A stretch of DNA of 64,000 nt from Eledone cirrhosa (lineage: Eukaryota). This document shows, one piece after another, positions 26,731-39,112 of this stretch (within the stretch, counting starts at the first letter, position 1; the number at the start of each line of letters is the position of its first letter). The notes under the pieces were generated by a model, which had not been told where the DNA came from, made no database searches, and saw only the letters and a list, made by a program, of their open reading frames with translations. The position numbers and the translations under genes were made by a program. The DNA lies in contig OZ024757.1 of assembly GCA_964016885.1 (NCBI GenBank), positions 36,270,001 through 36,334,000 on the forward strand. The letters are read 5' to 3'.

Positions 26731-27084
26731 ACATAAAATGGAATTTCTACCTACTCCTTTCCTATATATGCATATATATGTATGTATAAATAGATATATA
26801 TATGTATATATTCATATATGTATGTATATATGCATATATATATATTCATATATTATGTATATATGCATATATCTATGTATATATGCATATATATTTGTGT
26901 CTATATATATATACAAATATATATTTATTAGGTAATTCCGAAGGAAAAGCAAAGGAAAAAAGTGTGCTCTATGTATAGAACAGAGCTATTTCATTAGAAA
27001 GTGAACAACACAAAATATAACTACTTCATTACCAAAGGATCACAGACAATAATAATATATGTCTGGATCGGTCGTCAGACAGAA

Positions 27085-27117
<33 letters not shown>

Positions 27118-27119
<2 letters not shown>

Positions 27120-27275
27120 ACAAAGGAATTGTGGTAAGGAACCAGATGGACCATAATGCACCAGAGTACTCAATACTTAGGGTAGTAGAGTGGGAAATAG
27201 GAAAAAGTATGACCCCGGCGGCAGAGCTCAAGCCGTTTCGACGGCTTGAGCTCTGCCGTCGGGGTCATACTTTTT

Positions 27276-27281
<6 letters not shown>
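27118..27281 (+). mobile_element. fold-back element copy with deleted hairpin centre
   Basis: homologous to 9071-9265; (TA)n flanks. Confidence 0.75.
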
Positions 27282-27311
<30 letters not shown>

Positions 27312-27926
27312 GCGCTTATAGATCGGGCAACACATGCTCTCTTTTCGTGGGGTAAGTTATGATTAATTTTTGTATTCTGAAACATCAAAATACAACAAAA
27401 CTTTGCTCACTAGACTCGGGAAATATCCTGATAGAAGTTGTGGAAGTTACACAAATATTTTCATATATTTTCCCAGAGCAATCGTTATTCGTATTTTACA
27501 TTTTACTTACATCCTAATGTAACGTGGCTAAATTTCAAATATTTTATAGAGAAGAAAATGGACAAATGAACTAGATACATTTCACTGCGCCCGCCACCAC
27601 AATAACGTCTACACTCTCTCCCTACCACCACATTTACACAAGTCAATACCCTCGCGTCTCTCTTGCCAACCTCTGTGGGAACGCCTTCTCCATCCTGTCC
27701 GTTGGGGCTGTGGTGGGGGGGGGGGGGGGGGGGGGGGCATCGCCTAACATTCCATATTTAGGTATCCAGATTAATGGTTTTTATTAACAAACATATTAGC
27801 TGGAGATCTAGACTAAACTCACTGACCTGCTACCGGGCCCCCTACTCTGTGTTGAATGTGTGTGTGTGTATATATATATATGTATGTGTGTATATATATA
27901 TATGTATGTGTATATATATATATGTA

Positions 27927-27965
<39 letters not shown>

Positions 27966-29249
27966 ATATATATATATATATATCACTCAGTCAAAATGAC
28001 CGAATTTCAACCCCATCTACAACAACAACAACAACAACAACAACATCACCAACACCAGCACCAATGTCTACAACAACAACAACAGCATCAGAATGAACAC
28101 CAACACCAATATCTACAACATCAAGAGGAACAACATCTACGACGGCATCAAACGTTAAAAAAAAAAGCCAAACAACACCACCAACTACCACCATCACCAC
28201 CACCACTACCATCACCACTACCACCACCATCACCACCACCACTACCATCACCACTACCATCACCACCACCATCGCCACAACTACCACCAGTACCATCACC
28301 ACCACCATCGCCACAACTACCACCACTACCATCACCACAACCACCACCATCACCACTCAGTCAGTGATCAGGCCTTTTCTGCTTTTGACACAGGGCCAGC
28401 GATTGTCCCAGTGCATTACTGGTACTTTATTTTATCGACCCCGTAAGAATGTAAAGCAATTATAATAATACTGAACAGTAACACACGAACGGCTTCAATT
28501 ATACGAACTCTTTCGAAAGTCAATAGGTGACATTGAATGTAGTAAAGCGAGCGGGATGTTTACACTTTAGGAGAGGTTTTGATCTACCTACTGCTCTATC
28601 AAGAACAGTCTGCCTAGATGAGTCCAGGTTGAAGACTGATCTGTCATTAGTCTCAGAGGATGAGGTATGAGTTTCAGGAAAATCAGCTTAGGCAGGGGCT
28701 TGAACCCTGGTGCAATTTAAGGAATAGCCCATTTTTTGATAGCTGGGATGCAAGTGCGCATCGTCAGGACTGCACAGGTCATTTTTAAGCTACTGACAGC
28801 TCCTATTTAGCCCATAGGTGGAGGCATTGTTGATAGGACTTCCAAGCGCTCTTTAATTGATTTTTCCATGTTCCTGGTATTTTTCTTTGGGACTCCAGCT
28901 CCAGGCTGGTGGCTTGGGAGCGCCTACATGATCTAACTTTGCTCCAGCTCAAAATGGTATTTGAGGCTTCACATATATACACACAAAGACACATGTGCAA
29001 TCAGTCCCACACACACCCACACAGAATATACATATTTACATACTATTGGATGGCCGATGACTCTTGAGTTCTTTTGCCATTTGTCATGTTTTGTTTTTCA
29101 TCCTGCAGGGTGTCCAAAATCACCCTCCTCACCAAGCAAGCTTGGTGGGGTTGCCAGTTTAGTCGCCAACTATCCGACCATGCAACAGGTTGTACTGGTA
29201 ACATGTTACCAGTAGCACTCAAGAGTGATCTGACTATCCAAGTAATACA

Positions 29250-29562
29250 AAATGGTGTTTATATCCAATAATTGGTGTAGTAGCATCATAGTCTACTGCT
29301 ACAAGAGCAAAGGAAATGCTCTAAACAGAGAAAAGTATAGAGGGATCAAGTTGATTGACCAGGTTATGAAGGTCACAGCAAGAGTTATAGCACAGCTGAT
29401 TAGGAATCAAGTTAACCCTGATGAGATGCCCTTTGGATTTGTGCCATGTAAAAGTACCAGAAATCTCCTCTTCCTCGTGAGGCAACTGTAAGAGAAGTAC
29501 GTAGTGAAAAGGAAACCCCTGTACGAGGCATTTGTTGAGCTGGAGAAAGCTTTTGACAAAGC
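29250..29562 (+). mobile_element. RTE RT fragment
   Basis: YRGIKLIDQVMKV...FGFVP.KST...AFVELEKAFD. Confidence 0.8.
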
Positions 29563-29591
29563 CCCTCCTACCATTCCATTATCACAGTCTT

Positions 29592-30445
29592 TGTCATTAA
29601 CCCTTCCATTACCCTATTTCTAATGAAAGACACTGTCTATGTCATTAACCCTTCCATTACCATATTTTTAATGAAAGACACTACCTATGTCTTTAACCCT
29701 TTCATTACCATATTTATAATGAAAGACACTATCTATGTCATTAACCCTTTCATTAACATATTTCTAATGAAAGACACTACCTATGTCATTAACCCTTTCA
29801 TTACCATATATCTAATGAAAGACACTACCTATGTCATTAACCCTTTCATTACCATATTTCTAATGAAAGACACTACCTATGTCATTAACCCTTTCATTAC
29901 CATATTTATAATGAAAGACACTACCTATGTCATTAACCCTTTCATTACCATATATCTAATGAAAGACACTACCTATGTCATTAACCCTTTCATTACCATA
30001 TTTATAATGAAAGACACTACCTATGTCATTAACCCTTTCATTACCATATTTATAATGAAAGACACTGTCTATGTCATTAACCCTTTCATGACTCTATTTC
30101 TAATGAAAGATACTGTCTATGTCATTAACCCTTTCATTACCATATTTCTAATGAAAGATACTGTTTATGTCTTTAACCCTTTCATTACCATATTTCTAAT
30201 GAAAGATACTGTCTATGTCATTAACCCTTTCATTACCATATTTCTAATGAAAGATACTGTCTATGTCTTTAACCCTTTCATTACCATATTTCTAATGAAA
30301 GATACTGTCTATGTCATTAACCCTTTCATTACCATATTTCTAATGAAAGATACTGTCTGTCATTAACCCTTTCATTACCATATTTCTAATGAAAGATACT
30401 GTCTGTCATTAACCCTTTCATTACCATATTTATAGTGAAAGACAT
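29592..30445 (+). repeat. same 48-bp minisatellite, second array
   Basis: same unit. Confidence 0.95.
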
Positions 30446-31552
30446 TTGATATAACAAACTTGATAGTAGATACATCTTTATTGTTTTAAGATGAACAGGA
30501 TGTGCTTTGAAGGAGATATTACTGCTGTTTTTGCTGCATATCAGTTAGAGGTGTCTTCAATATTTTATATAGTAGGATGTATGCTGGTGAAGTGTCGCTA
30601 GAATGTTGAATAAATTGCTTTGTGGTATTCATTTCGACTCTGCACCCTGAGTTCAAATCCTGTTGAGGTCAACTTTTCCTTTGATCCATTCGAGGTCGAC
30701 AAAAAAAGTCTCTGTGTAATACTGGGATCGATTCTTTCTCCATATCTTTTACTTCCATTCTCTCACTCTCTATCTTTCTCTGGAAGAAATCTGCTGTATT
30801 CAGACCTGGAGAGGAGTTAGGCTCCACCATGTTTTAAAATGCCCTAGAAACGCTGCATGTCGATACGGTGACCTTACGACCGCCTCACGAATTACGGGGC
30901 CATGCCATAGTAGGATGCGGTTTGGAGAAGACTGCTGCTGCTATTACTAGCATATTACATGACCAGTTAGAGGCGTGTCTTTACGAAGCAGGTGCTTGTG
31001 TTACAAGGGAGATAACTACGTTTAGCTTATAGTTTTACCTTAACTACACCCTTCACTCATTACGATTTGTTGAACACTCCTTCCGTGTCATGGTTTGTAT
31101 TTAATCATACTTATCGTATTTAATCATTTTTAACATTATGACAAATTTTACTAATCGAATTCGATCCTTTGCTATATTTCTTTATTTATCCATCTTGTTA
31201 GTAAATACATCTTTATTTATCCATTATGTTAGTAAATACAGCGATATGTGTTAGTAAATACAGCAAGTTTTGTACAAACTTAGGAACAGTTTAAATATGC
31301 TTCGTCCCTCTTCGCTATTGTCATTATCGTGAATGATTTTGCCAGAGAAGTTGTGGTCATTAAACACAAATTGTCTTTTGTGTTCGGTAAATTTATTTTA
31401 TTTATTGAAAAAAATAGGTATGAATATAACTCCCCCCCCCCCCCCAAAAAAAAACAAGCATAATAGAGATAGATAGACTGATAGCGCAGCTGTAGAATAA
31501 CACTGCCTTGTTCATGAGATGATAGTCGGGTGGTGCGTAACTTTTGCGCCAC

Positions 31553-31602
<50 letters not shown>

Positions 31603-31604
<2 letters not shown>

Positions 31605-31801
31605 GGAAAATGTTAGACCCCGACGGCAGAGCTCAAGCTGTGTTTCGACGGCTATTTCTGGAGTCCAGAAATAGCCGTCGAAACGGCTTCAGCTCTGCCG
31701 TCGGGGTCTAACATTTTCCTATTAACCACCCTACTACTCTGAGTATCGAGTACTCTGGTGCGTTATGGTCCATCTTGTTTCTTACCACACCTCCTTCGTT
31801 A
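31603..31801 (-). mobile_element. fold-back element copy (inverted)
   Basis: reverse complement homologue of 9071-9265; (TA)n flanks. Confidence 0.75.
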
Positions 31802-31961
31802 TATATATATATATATATATATATATGTTATTCCGGGTTCTCTCAGGGGTAACCACAGTAAGGTACTCAATACATAGCAGAGTATAAATGTTTTTTCTGC
31901 TAGTATATATAAGTATTGGTGCTCTGAAATAGTGATGTATACATGACTGTATGTATAGTAT

Positions 31962-32145
31962 ATTGTTTCTACTTTAGGCACAAGGCCAGCAATTACCCAG
32001 TGCATTACTAGTACTTTATTTTATCGACCCCATAAGGATGAAAGGCAAAGTCAACCTCGGCGGGATTTGAACTCAGATCGTAAAGGGACGTAACTATGCT
32101 GGAAAGCATGGCGTCTGACCCTCTCCCGATACTGCCAATCCACCG
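31962..32145 (-). mobile_element. same SINE family, inverted
   Basis: reverse complement of the consensus. Confidence 0.8.
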
Positions 32146-32217
32146 CCCTTTAAACTGTATGTATAGTATATTGCCAAATATACCATACATACATTCATAT
32201 ATATATATATATATATA

Positions 32218-32525
32218 TGGAGGCACATGGCCTTGAAATCGAAAGGTTGTGAGTTCAATTCTCAGACCGGGTGATGTGTTGTTTCCTTGAGCAAGACACT
32301 TTATTTCACATTGCTCCAGTTTACTCAGCTGTAGAAATGAGATGATAGGGACTGGGGTCCCTATCATTCCACTGCAAAGTGGTTGTGGAGGTGCCACCGC
32401 AAAAAAGCACCCAGCACTCACTGTAAATGAGGTTGGTGTTAGGAAGGGCATCCAGCCAAAATCAATTCCCGTCCCACCCTTGCAAGCAGGGAAAAAGCGA
32501 ACGTAAAATGAAAGGATGATGATAT
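32218..32525 (+). mobile_element. CORE-type SINE with RTE-like tail
   Basis: B-box gagttcaattc, ccttgagcaagacactt CORE-like motif, tail gttaggaagggcatccagc...aaatga(tga)n shared with many copies (8930, 21240, 22780, 53040). Confidence 0.65.
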
Positions 32526-33063
32526 GCTGGGTCCGTCAACTCCTTATTATATATATATAGCATCATTTGCATTTACTAAAGGTAAACAAATCTAAACGAA
32601 AGCCATGTTAACCAGCAACTCAACCATACCCACAACATACCACAGCGAAATCAAAAGAAAGCTAAATGCCAAAAGGAGGAAGTGTAGTTGTGTCTCTCTT
32701 CACACATGGGGACATAGATTACCAAGTTGGGTCCCTCGGTGTTATACATAAATATTACAGCATCATGTATACACACACACGTACGAATCCACTCTACCTA
32801 TTTTAAACCCCCGTATTTTACCCCATCTATAAATAACCCTACCCCTCCACCCGCTATTTCTCCTACTTCACTCTTATCCACTAACCACCCCTACCCCGTC
32901 CTTCTCCTAACCCCTTACCTGTCCAGACAAACTTAGCACTGTCTGCCCCCCCCCCCCCATCCACTACCTCCATCTAACCAGTTTACTACTATTATAAACT
33001 CAACCAAAGCACTACCAACACCACTGACCTATTTTTTCATACCCTACAAATATTACTACACCC

Positions 33064-33576
33064 TTGAAAAGGTTTGCTGAACACACAATCCAGAACCACA
33101 TGGCTCCTGATACATGGGAAAATGTTGCTGCTGATCGTAATAAATGGAGAAAGACTGTATATGAGGGGAAAGTTGCCTCTAAGGCATCTCGAATCGCATA
33201 CGAGAAAGTAAAGGGGGATGTGAGGAAGGGCATTGCTGTTGCACTTCCAGACGGCGAAGGTCCTCCTATGGTGCTGACATGCAGCGTCTGTGCGAGACTC
33301 TGCCTAGGTAGAGCTGGATTCGAAGGTCATCTTCGCAGTTATAAAGTAAGACCAGTGGTTGACTACCAGGCTGCTGTTGGAGATGCTACTCATCAAGCCT
33401 GCCAAGCATGTGGTAGAGAATGTAAATCAGCAGGAGGGCTCAAACGACATGCAAAAGTACATGAACTCCAACCACAGCCGACTATTCCCAGTGAATGTTT
33501 TGGTTGCCGACTCTGTGCAAGACATTTTAGATCATTGGCTGGGATAAAAAGCCACATTCGATCACAGTGCTGTTAA
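33064..33576 (+). mobile_element. LINE (RTE/BovB-like) C-terminus with three C2H2-like zinc fingers
   Basis: WENVAADRNKWRKTV followed by CxxC...H repeats. Confidence 0.65.
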
Positions 33577-33678
33577 TTGCTATCGTGTGTGTGTGTAGAT
33601 ATGTTTATGCGTGTGTGTGTGAATATGTATATTATTATTGTTGTTGTTGTCGTTATTATTATTATTGTTATTATTATT

Positions 33679-33856
33679 TTGGCAGTATCAGTAGAGGGTC
33701 GAACGCCATGCTTTGACGCATAGAGTTACGGCCCTTGCCATTCTGAGTTCAAATCCCGCCAAGGTTAACTTTGCCTTTCATCCTTACGGTGTCGATAAAA
33801 TAAAGTACCAGTAATACACTGGGTAATTGCTGGCCTTGTGCCAAAAGTAGAAACAT
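33679..33856 (+). mobile_element. same SINE family
   Basis: A/B boxes plus Deu/Nin-type domain. Confidence 0.8.
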
Positions 33857-33918
33857 TATTATTATGGGTTTTTTTCTTTTTCCCTCGTGCAATGGCCATA
33901 CTCGATAACGAGGGGGCA

Positions 33919-33972
<54 letters not shown>

Positions 33973-34393
33973 GTGTATATGTATGTATATGTATATATAT
34001 ACACACACACCAACATACATACATGCACACACTCATTTTACAAACAAATATTCATACATGCACACTCACAATCTACTTGCCTTATTCCATCCCATGAGCT
34101 GTGGCCATGCTAGAGTACGACATACACATACTAAAAATAGTGAAATACTGTGAATAACTTTACTACCTGTTTACTCTAAATATTTATTTAATTCCAAAAT
34201 AATGAATACCTGTACAGAGCCATATCTCACCTGCTGTCGACTATTAGTTATGTGAGGTCCCCTTCCCTCCATGTCTCACCTGCTACAAACTAGTCCTCTT
34301 AGGACTGCAGTTTAAAATACAGTGAGACTCTACAATATATTATATATAAACACAGTGTATATAAGACCATATACAGTATTATAATTAAACATA

Positions 34394-35273
34394 CTATATA
34401 TAGATAATATAAAAGAGAAATGTTTGTTGGTTGGTTCCTTCACACAAAATCAAAAAGTGACAATCGAAAAGTTTGTACAGCAATGAAATAAGGGTATATC
34501 CAGGAAGGTTTATTGATACTAATTTTATATCATCAAAGAAGAAAAACATCCCAGGTATGCTAACCAACCTGACTGCTATTTCTAGCAGGTTGGGAATCAA
34601 CCACAAGGGATTCTCTCTGCATGTTCGTTGTCAGTGATGATTGTTTTGTCTTCGATCCGAACGCTGGTTTTCACACACACACGCACACACAGAGAAACAT
34701 TTATATATAATATAAAAGATTGGAACTTCCATCATTCTTTTGAGAAACATGGACCAACCACGTCTCTGTAATGACAAACGCTTTACTGTCAGGCGGAAGA
34801 TGAACCATCTCTTAGTGGTCACTATTTTGGGAGGCAATCATCAAGGAGAAAATGCATTTATTCCCAAGATTCCTCTTATCCCTTCCTCTACTGAGCTGCC
34901 ATTCAAATTCTCAAGACTTCAGTTCCCTGTTAGAACCAGTTTTGCTATGACCATAAATAAAGCTCAGTCTCAGAGGTTCAAATTTGTAGAATTGAATACA
35001 AGAGAATCACTTTTTACCCATGGACAGGTATATCTAGGTTGTTCATAAATGGAAACACCTAGAAATATAGATATACTATGCACCAACAGTAAAACAAAGA
35101 ATCTGGTATATCTAGAAGATTTTTTTACTGTTTTATTTTCTTTGTCTCACACACTTACACCATAGTCTCACCTCATACTGTAAACCAGACAAACATCCAA
35201 TACAGTCATTTTCTTTTCTACCTGCCTTCTCTTATCATCTGCTTACCCGGGTGAAGCTGGGTACTTCAGCTAG
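34394..35273 (+). mobile_element. internally deleted Helitron with PIF1 helicase C-terminal fragment
   Basis: LRN.D.PRLCN...RLQFPVRTSFAMTINKAQSQ...FTHGQVYLGCS; 3' hairpin tacccgg-gtgaag-ctgggta followed by CTAG|T; 5' end approximate. Confidence 0.85.
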
Positions 35274-35977
35274 TATATAATATATTATGGATAAACCCAC
35301 AGTGTATATAAGACAAGATATTATATATAAACCCACAGTATTATAATTAAACATACCATGTTATATATAAGACCATATAAAATACATTATACATAAACAC
35401 ACTATATATATCTAATCAGCTCCACATAATTCTTTCTAATACTGGCACCAGGCCAGTCTTTGGGAAAAGGGTTAAGTCGATGAAATCAACCTCAGTACTT
35501 AACTGGTACTTTATTTTATAAACCCTGGAAGCAAAGTTGATGTTAGCTGAAATTGAACTCAGAACATAAAGCATTGTAATTAAATGCCACAAAGCATTTT
35601 GTTTGATGCTCTACTTATTTGGATACACTGCTACATGTAATGGATACATACTTGGCTGTGAACAACAACTCATGGCTGTTATTGCTTCTCAACCAGTAGG
35701 TATTGTTGTCTATAGTATATAGGAAGCATGTTTAGAAAGTGATGGGCAAAGTTTGAAAATGAAAATAGAAGGCTATATAAAATAGTCTAATAATAATAAT
35801 AATGGGGTGTTTAAACCCACTGAACAGAAAAAGATTGGTGTCAGAAGACGTGTGAAAAAGTTAAGCTGATTAAATCAACTGCAGGACCTAACTGATAATT
35901 TATTTTATCAACATGTGTGCTGATACACATCTCTTTCCATTCAGTGGGTTTATAATCCCAGTTATTGTTAGACTGGT

Positions 35978-36158
35978 GGATTGGCAGTATCGGTAGAGGG
36001 TCGGACGCTATGCTTTGATGTATAGAGTTACGGTCCTTGCTATTCTGAGTTCAAATCCCGCCGAGGTTAACTTTGCCTTTCATCCTTACGGGGTCAATAA
36101 AATAAAGAACCAGTAATGCTCTGGGTAATTGCTGGCCTTGTGCCAAACGTAGAAACAA
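35978..36158 (+). mobile_element. same SINE family
   Basis: A/B boxes plus Deu/Nin-type domain. Confidence 0.8.
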
Positions 36159-36220
36159 TTATTTAGTCAAATGCTGGGGTGAAGCTTTCTATTTCAATTT
36201 TATTAAATCTATAATATATA

Positions 36221-36449
36221 CCGTATGTACTCGAATATAAGACAATAAACTGATGCCACTATTTTATGTCTGAGAAATGGGCAAAAATCCAAACTTTATT
36301 TACATAGAATTTGAAATTAGTGAAAATCATCAAAATATTTACCCCAAATATAAGCCAACTTCCTTCTACCATCGATTTTTTTTATTTATTTTTATTTTTA
36401 TTTTTATTTTTTTTCACATATTTCTCTGCTTATATTTGAGTATATACGG
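36221..36449. mobile_element. Tc1/pogo-like MITE (related copies near 4455, 13470, 14731, 42500, 61338)
   Basis: TA|ccgtatgtactcgaatataag ... cttatatttgagtatatacgg|TA. Confidence 0.7.
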
Positions 36450-36515
36450 TAGTATTTTTATGCTCTGTTTGGAACTAGTTATTTGCTATTGATCTTTCAT
36501 TGATTTCTAAAATAG

Positions 36516-36811
36516 GTTGACAACACCAAAACAACCTCCAATCTGTAGTTTGAACAAGCCACTTTCTGGCATCAATGTTGCTAGTGACTGTGATAGTTTG
36601 GCAAGAAGTTCTACAGACCAGATTGCAACCCTCATTGACTTGTCTGTCACCAACAAAAATATAGACCTGAAGACCCAACAACTCCAGGATACATTACTCA
36701 ACAACACTGATGACCTGTTGAATTTTAACAGTGTTAATTCTACTACAGGTGATCACCAAAATTCCTTATTACCTTTCGAAGATAATGCACCTCAGCAGCA
36801 GGATGTTTCAG
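36516..36811 (+). CDS. MAP7: MAP7-like penultimate coding exon
   Basis: aatag|G TTG...TCA G|gtaaga; (W)LTTPKQPP...LIDLS...DDLLNF...QQQDVS; phase 2 to 1 matches the previous donor. Confidence 0.8.
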
Positions 36812-37159
36812 GTAAGATTTTATATATCAATTTCACCTTAATTGGGGCTTTTTTTCTCAGAAATCTTTTTTTGACAACCTCTCTAATGTTAATTCCATGA
36901 TAAAAGTTACCCAGTTGTTGGCAGGGCAGCCAGTTATAAATAACAAGCCAAGAAAATGGTGGAGAGGATTGTAAATTAGGAAAGGCATCTGGCTATAGAA
37001 ACTAGGCTTAAATAGAGCAGAGAAAATATTCAGTCTTATTTGTCAAGGACATAACAAGCTCCTTAGTGCTGGTGCCATGATAAAATGCACCCAGTAGACT
37101 TTGGAAAGTGGTTGGTGATAGGAAAGGTATCCAGCTATAGAAACCATACCAAAAACTGC

Positions 37160-38291
37160 ATTGGGTTGGCCAAAAAGTCTGTTCGGTTTTTGCCAATACT
37201 ATAAACTTCAGGTGCTCACTTTACTTTTTTCCTTCTGAGTAGGCATTCGTTAGATACTTGATACTTCAAAGTAGTTTGTAGGGAAACTCTAACGAGATTG
37301 GTTGTATTTTGTGCATTTATCTTAACCCTCAAAATGGAGAACCAAAATGAACATTATCGACACATCATGCTTTTTTATTTTAAAAAATATTTAAAAAACA
37401 TCAGGAACATATGCACTGTGTACAGAGAGGGTGCTGTTACAGAATGTATATGCCAGAAGTGGTTTTCAAGAATGCGATGAGGAAATTTTAAAATTCAAGA
37501 TGCACCTTCTTCTGGACGGCAAACTGTGGTTAACAGCGACCAAGTGAAGGAGTTAGTCATCAGCAGCTCCCATTGTACAACCAGGGAGATCTCAGATATT
37601 CTCCAGATATTCAAATCAAGTGTTAAAGTCATCTGCATAAACTTGGTTACATAGCAGGCTTGGATTCCTCATGAATTGAATGAAGCCAACCTCACCCAAC
37701 ATATTTCTATCTGTGATTCCTTGCTTAAATGTGAAGAAAATGGTAGCTGGTAACGAAAAATGGATCATCTATAACAATGTGAAGCAAAAACGATCATGGG
37801 GAAAGCGCCAAGAACCACCACAAACAACCTCCAAAGCAGGACTTCGCCCAAAGAAGATTATGCTTTCAATTTGGTGGGATTGGAAGGGTGTTGTCTTTTA
37901 TGAGCTTCTTCCCACAAACAGGGCCATCAATTCGGATGTGTACTGTGAACCGCTGGATAAATTAAATGCAGTAATCCGCCAGAACTTGCTAATGGAAAGG
38001 GTATTGTTTTCAAGACAATGCCAGACCACACACTTCTTTGCAGACGTGGCAGAAGTTACTAGGACTTGACTGGGAAGTTTTGCCTTACCCTCCATATTCC
38101 CCTTGCTCCCTCCAAAATTCTTTGAACAGGGAATAATGAATCTGCCTAGAAGATGGCGGAAGATACTGAAATGAAATGGCAAATATATCATTGGAATAAT
38201 GATATATTGATGATGGAATAATTTGTTTGGGGTTTAAAACTGTCACATTTTCTCTAAGAAAAGCGAATGGACTTTTTAAGCCAAACCAATA
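37160..38291 (+). mobile_element. near full-length decayed mariner transposon
   Basis: TIRs ttgggttggccaaaaagtc / gactttttaagccaaaccaa; frameshifted transposase EKWIIYNNVKQKRSW...PKKIMLSIWWDWKGVVFYELLP. Confidence 0.9.
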
Positions 38292-38399
38292 TTATGTATC
38301 TGCTAGCTAAAATATTAACTGCAGTTTATATATAGTCTTTTTTCCTAGAGTTGTGGACCTATAAATATAACCTGTTTCTGGGGTCTTCATACCTCCCGT

Positions 38400-38895
38400 G
38401 TGGTGATATAGTGGGGAAATCTATATTTCTCGGGGTCTTTGTATATCTTGTGGTCATATAGAGGTGAGAATCTTTGTATATTTTGTGGTTATATAGGGGT
38501 GGGGGATCTATATTTCTGGAGTCATCATCTCGGGATCATAATGAGGGACCTATATTTCTGGGGGTGGTCATATAGGGAGGGGTCTACATCTCAGAATCAT
38601 AATGAGGGACCTATAATTCTGGGGGTGGTCATATAGTGAAGGGTTCACATCTCGGGATCATAATGAAGGACCTATATTTAAGGGGGTGGTCATATAGTGA
38701 GGGATCTATATTTCTGGGGGTGGTCATATAGTGAGGGGTCCACATCTCAGGATCATAATGAGGGACCTATATTTCTGGGGGTGGTTATATAGTGAGGGGG
38801 TCTATATTTCTGGGGTCCACATCTCTCATGTGGTCATATAGTGAGGGACCTATATTTCTGGGGGTGGTCATATAGTGAGGATCTATATTTCCCTG
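38400..38895. repeat. degenerate minisatellite
   Basis: recurring gagggacctatatttctgggggtggtcatatagt. Confidence 0.8.
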
Positions 38896-39077
38896 TGACA
38901 CACTTGAGATGGAGCCACTATAGCAATCCCTCCCCCCCCCCCCCCCCCCATCATAATAACTGTTTTATTCTTTTCCTTTTAATTTTGTACACATTCCCAT
39001 TTACGTACTTATTCATCCAAAGAACACCATTTTCTTTTTTTCTATATTTTTTTCTTGTTTTGTTTTCTCCTGAACAG

Positions 39078-39112
39078 GTTTTGTGAGACAGGATTACTGC
39101 AGTACCATGTAG
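39078..39112 (+). CDS. candidate alternative terminal exon (GFVRQDYCSTM*)
   Basis: very long pyrimidine tract 39030-39070 then aacag|; phase-1 join to the exon ending at 36811. Confidence 0.35.

Noticed and set aside
28520-29215. Balanced-composition region that looks coding
   Set aside because: Stops in all frames and no recognisable motifs; probably a decayed TE
29623-30366. 247-aa repeat protein (NPFITIFLMKDTVYVI)n
   Set aside because: 48-bp minisatellite; the frame breaks in later units and a second array exists
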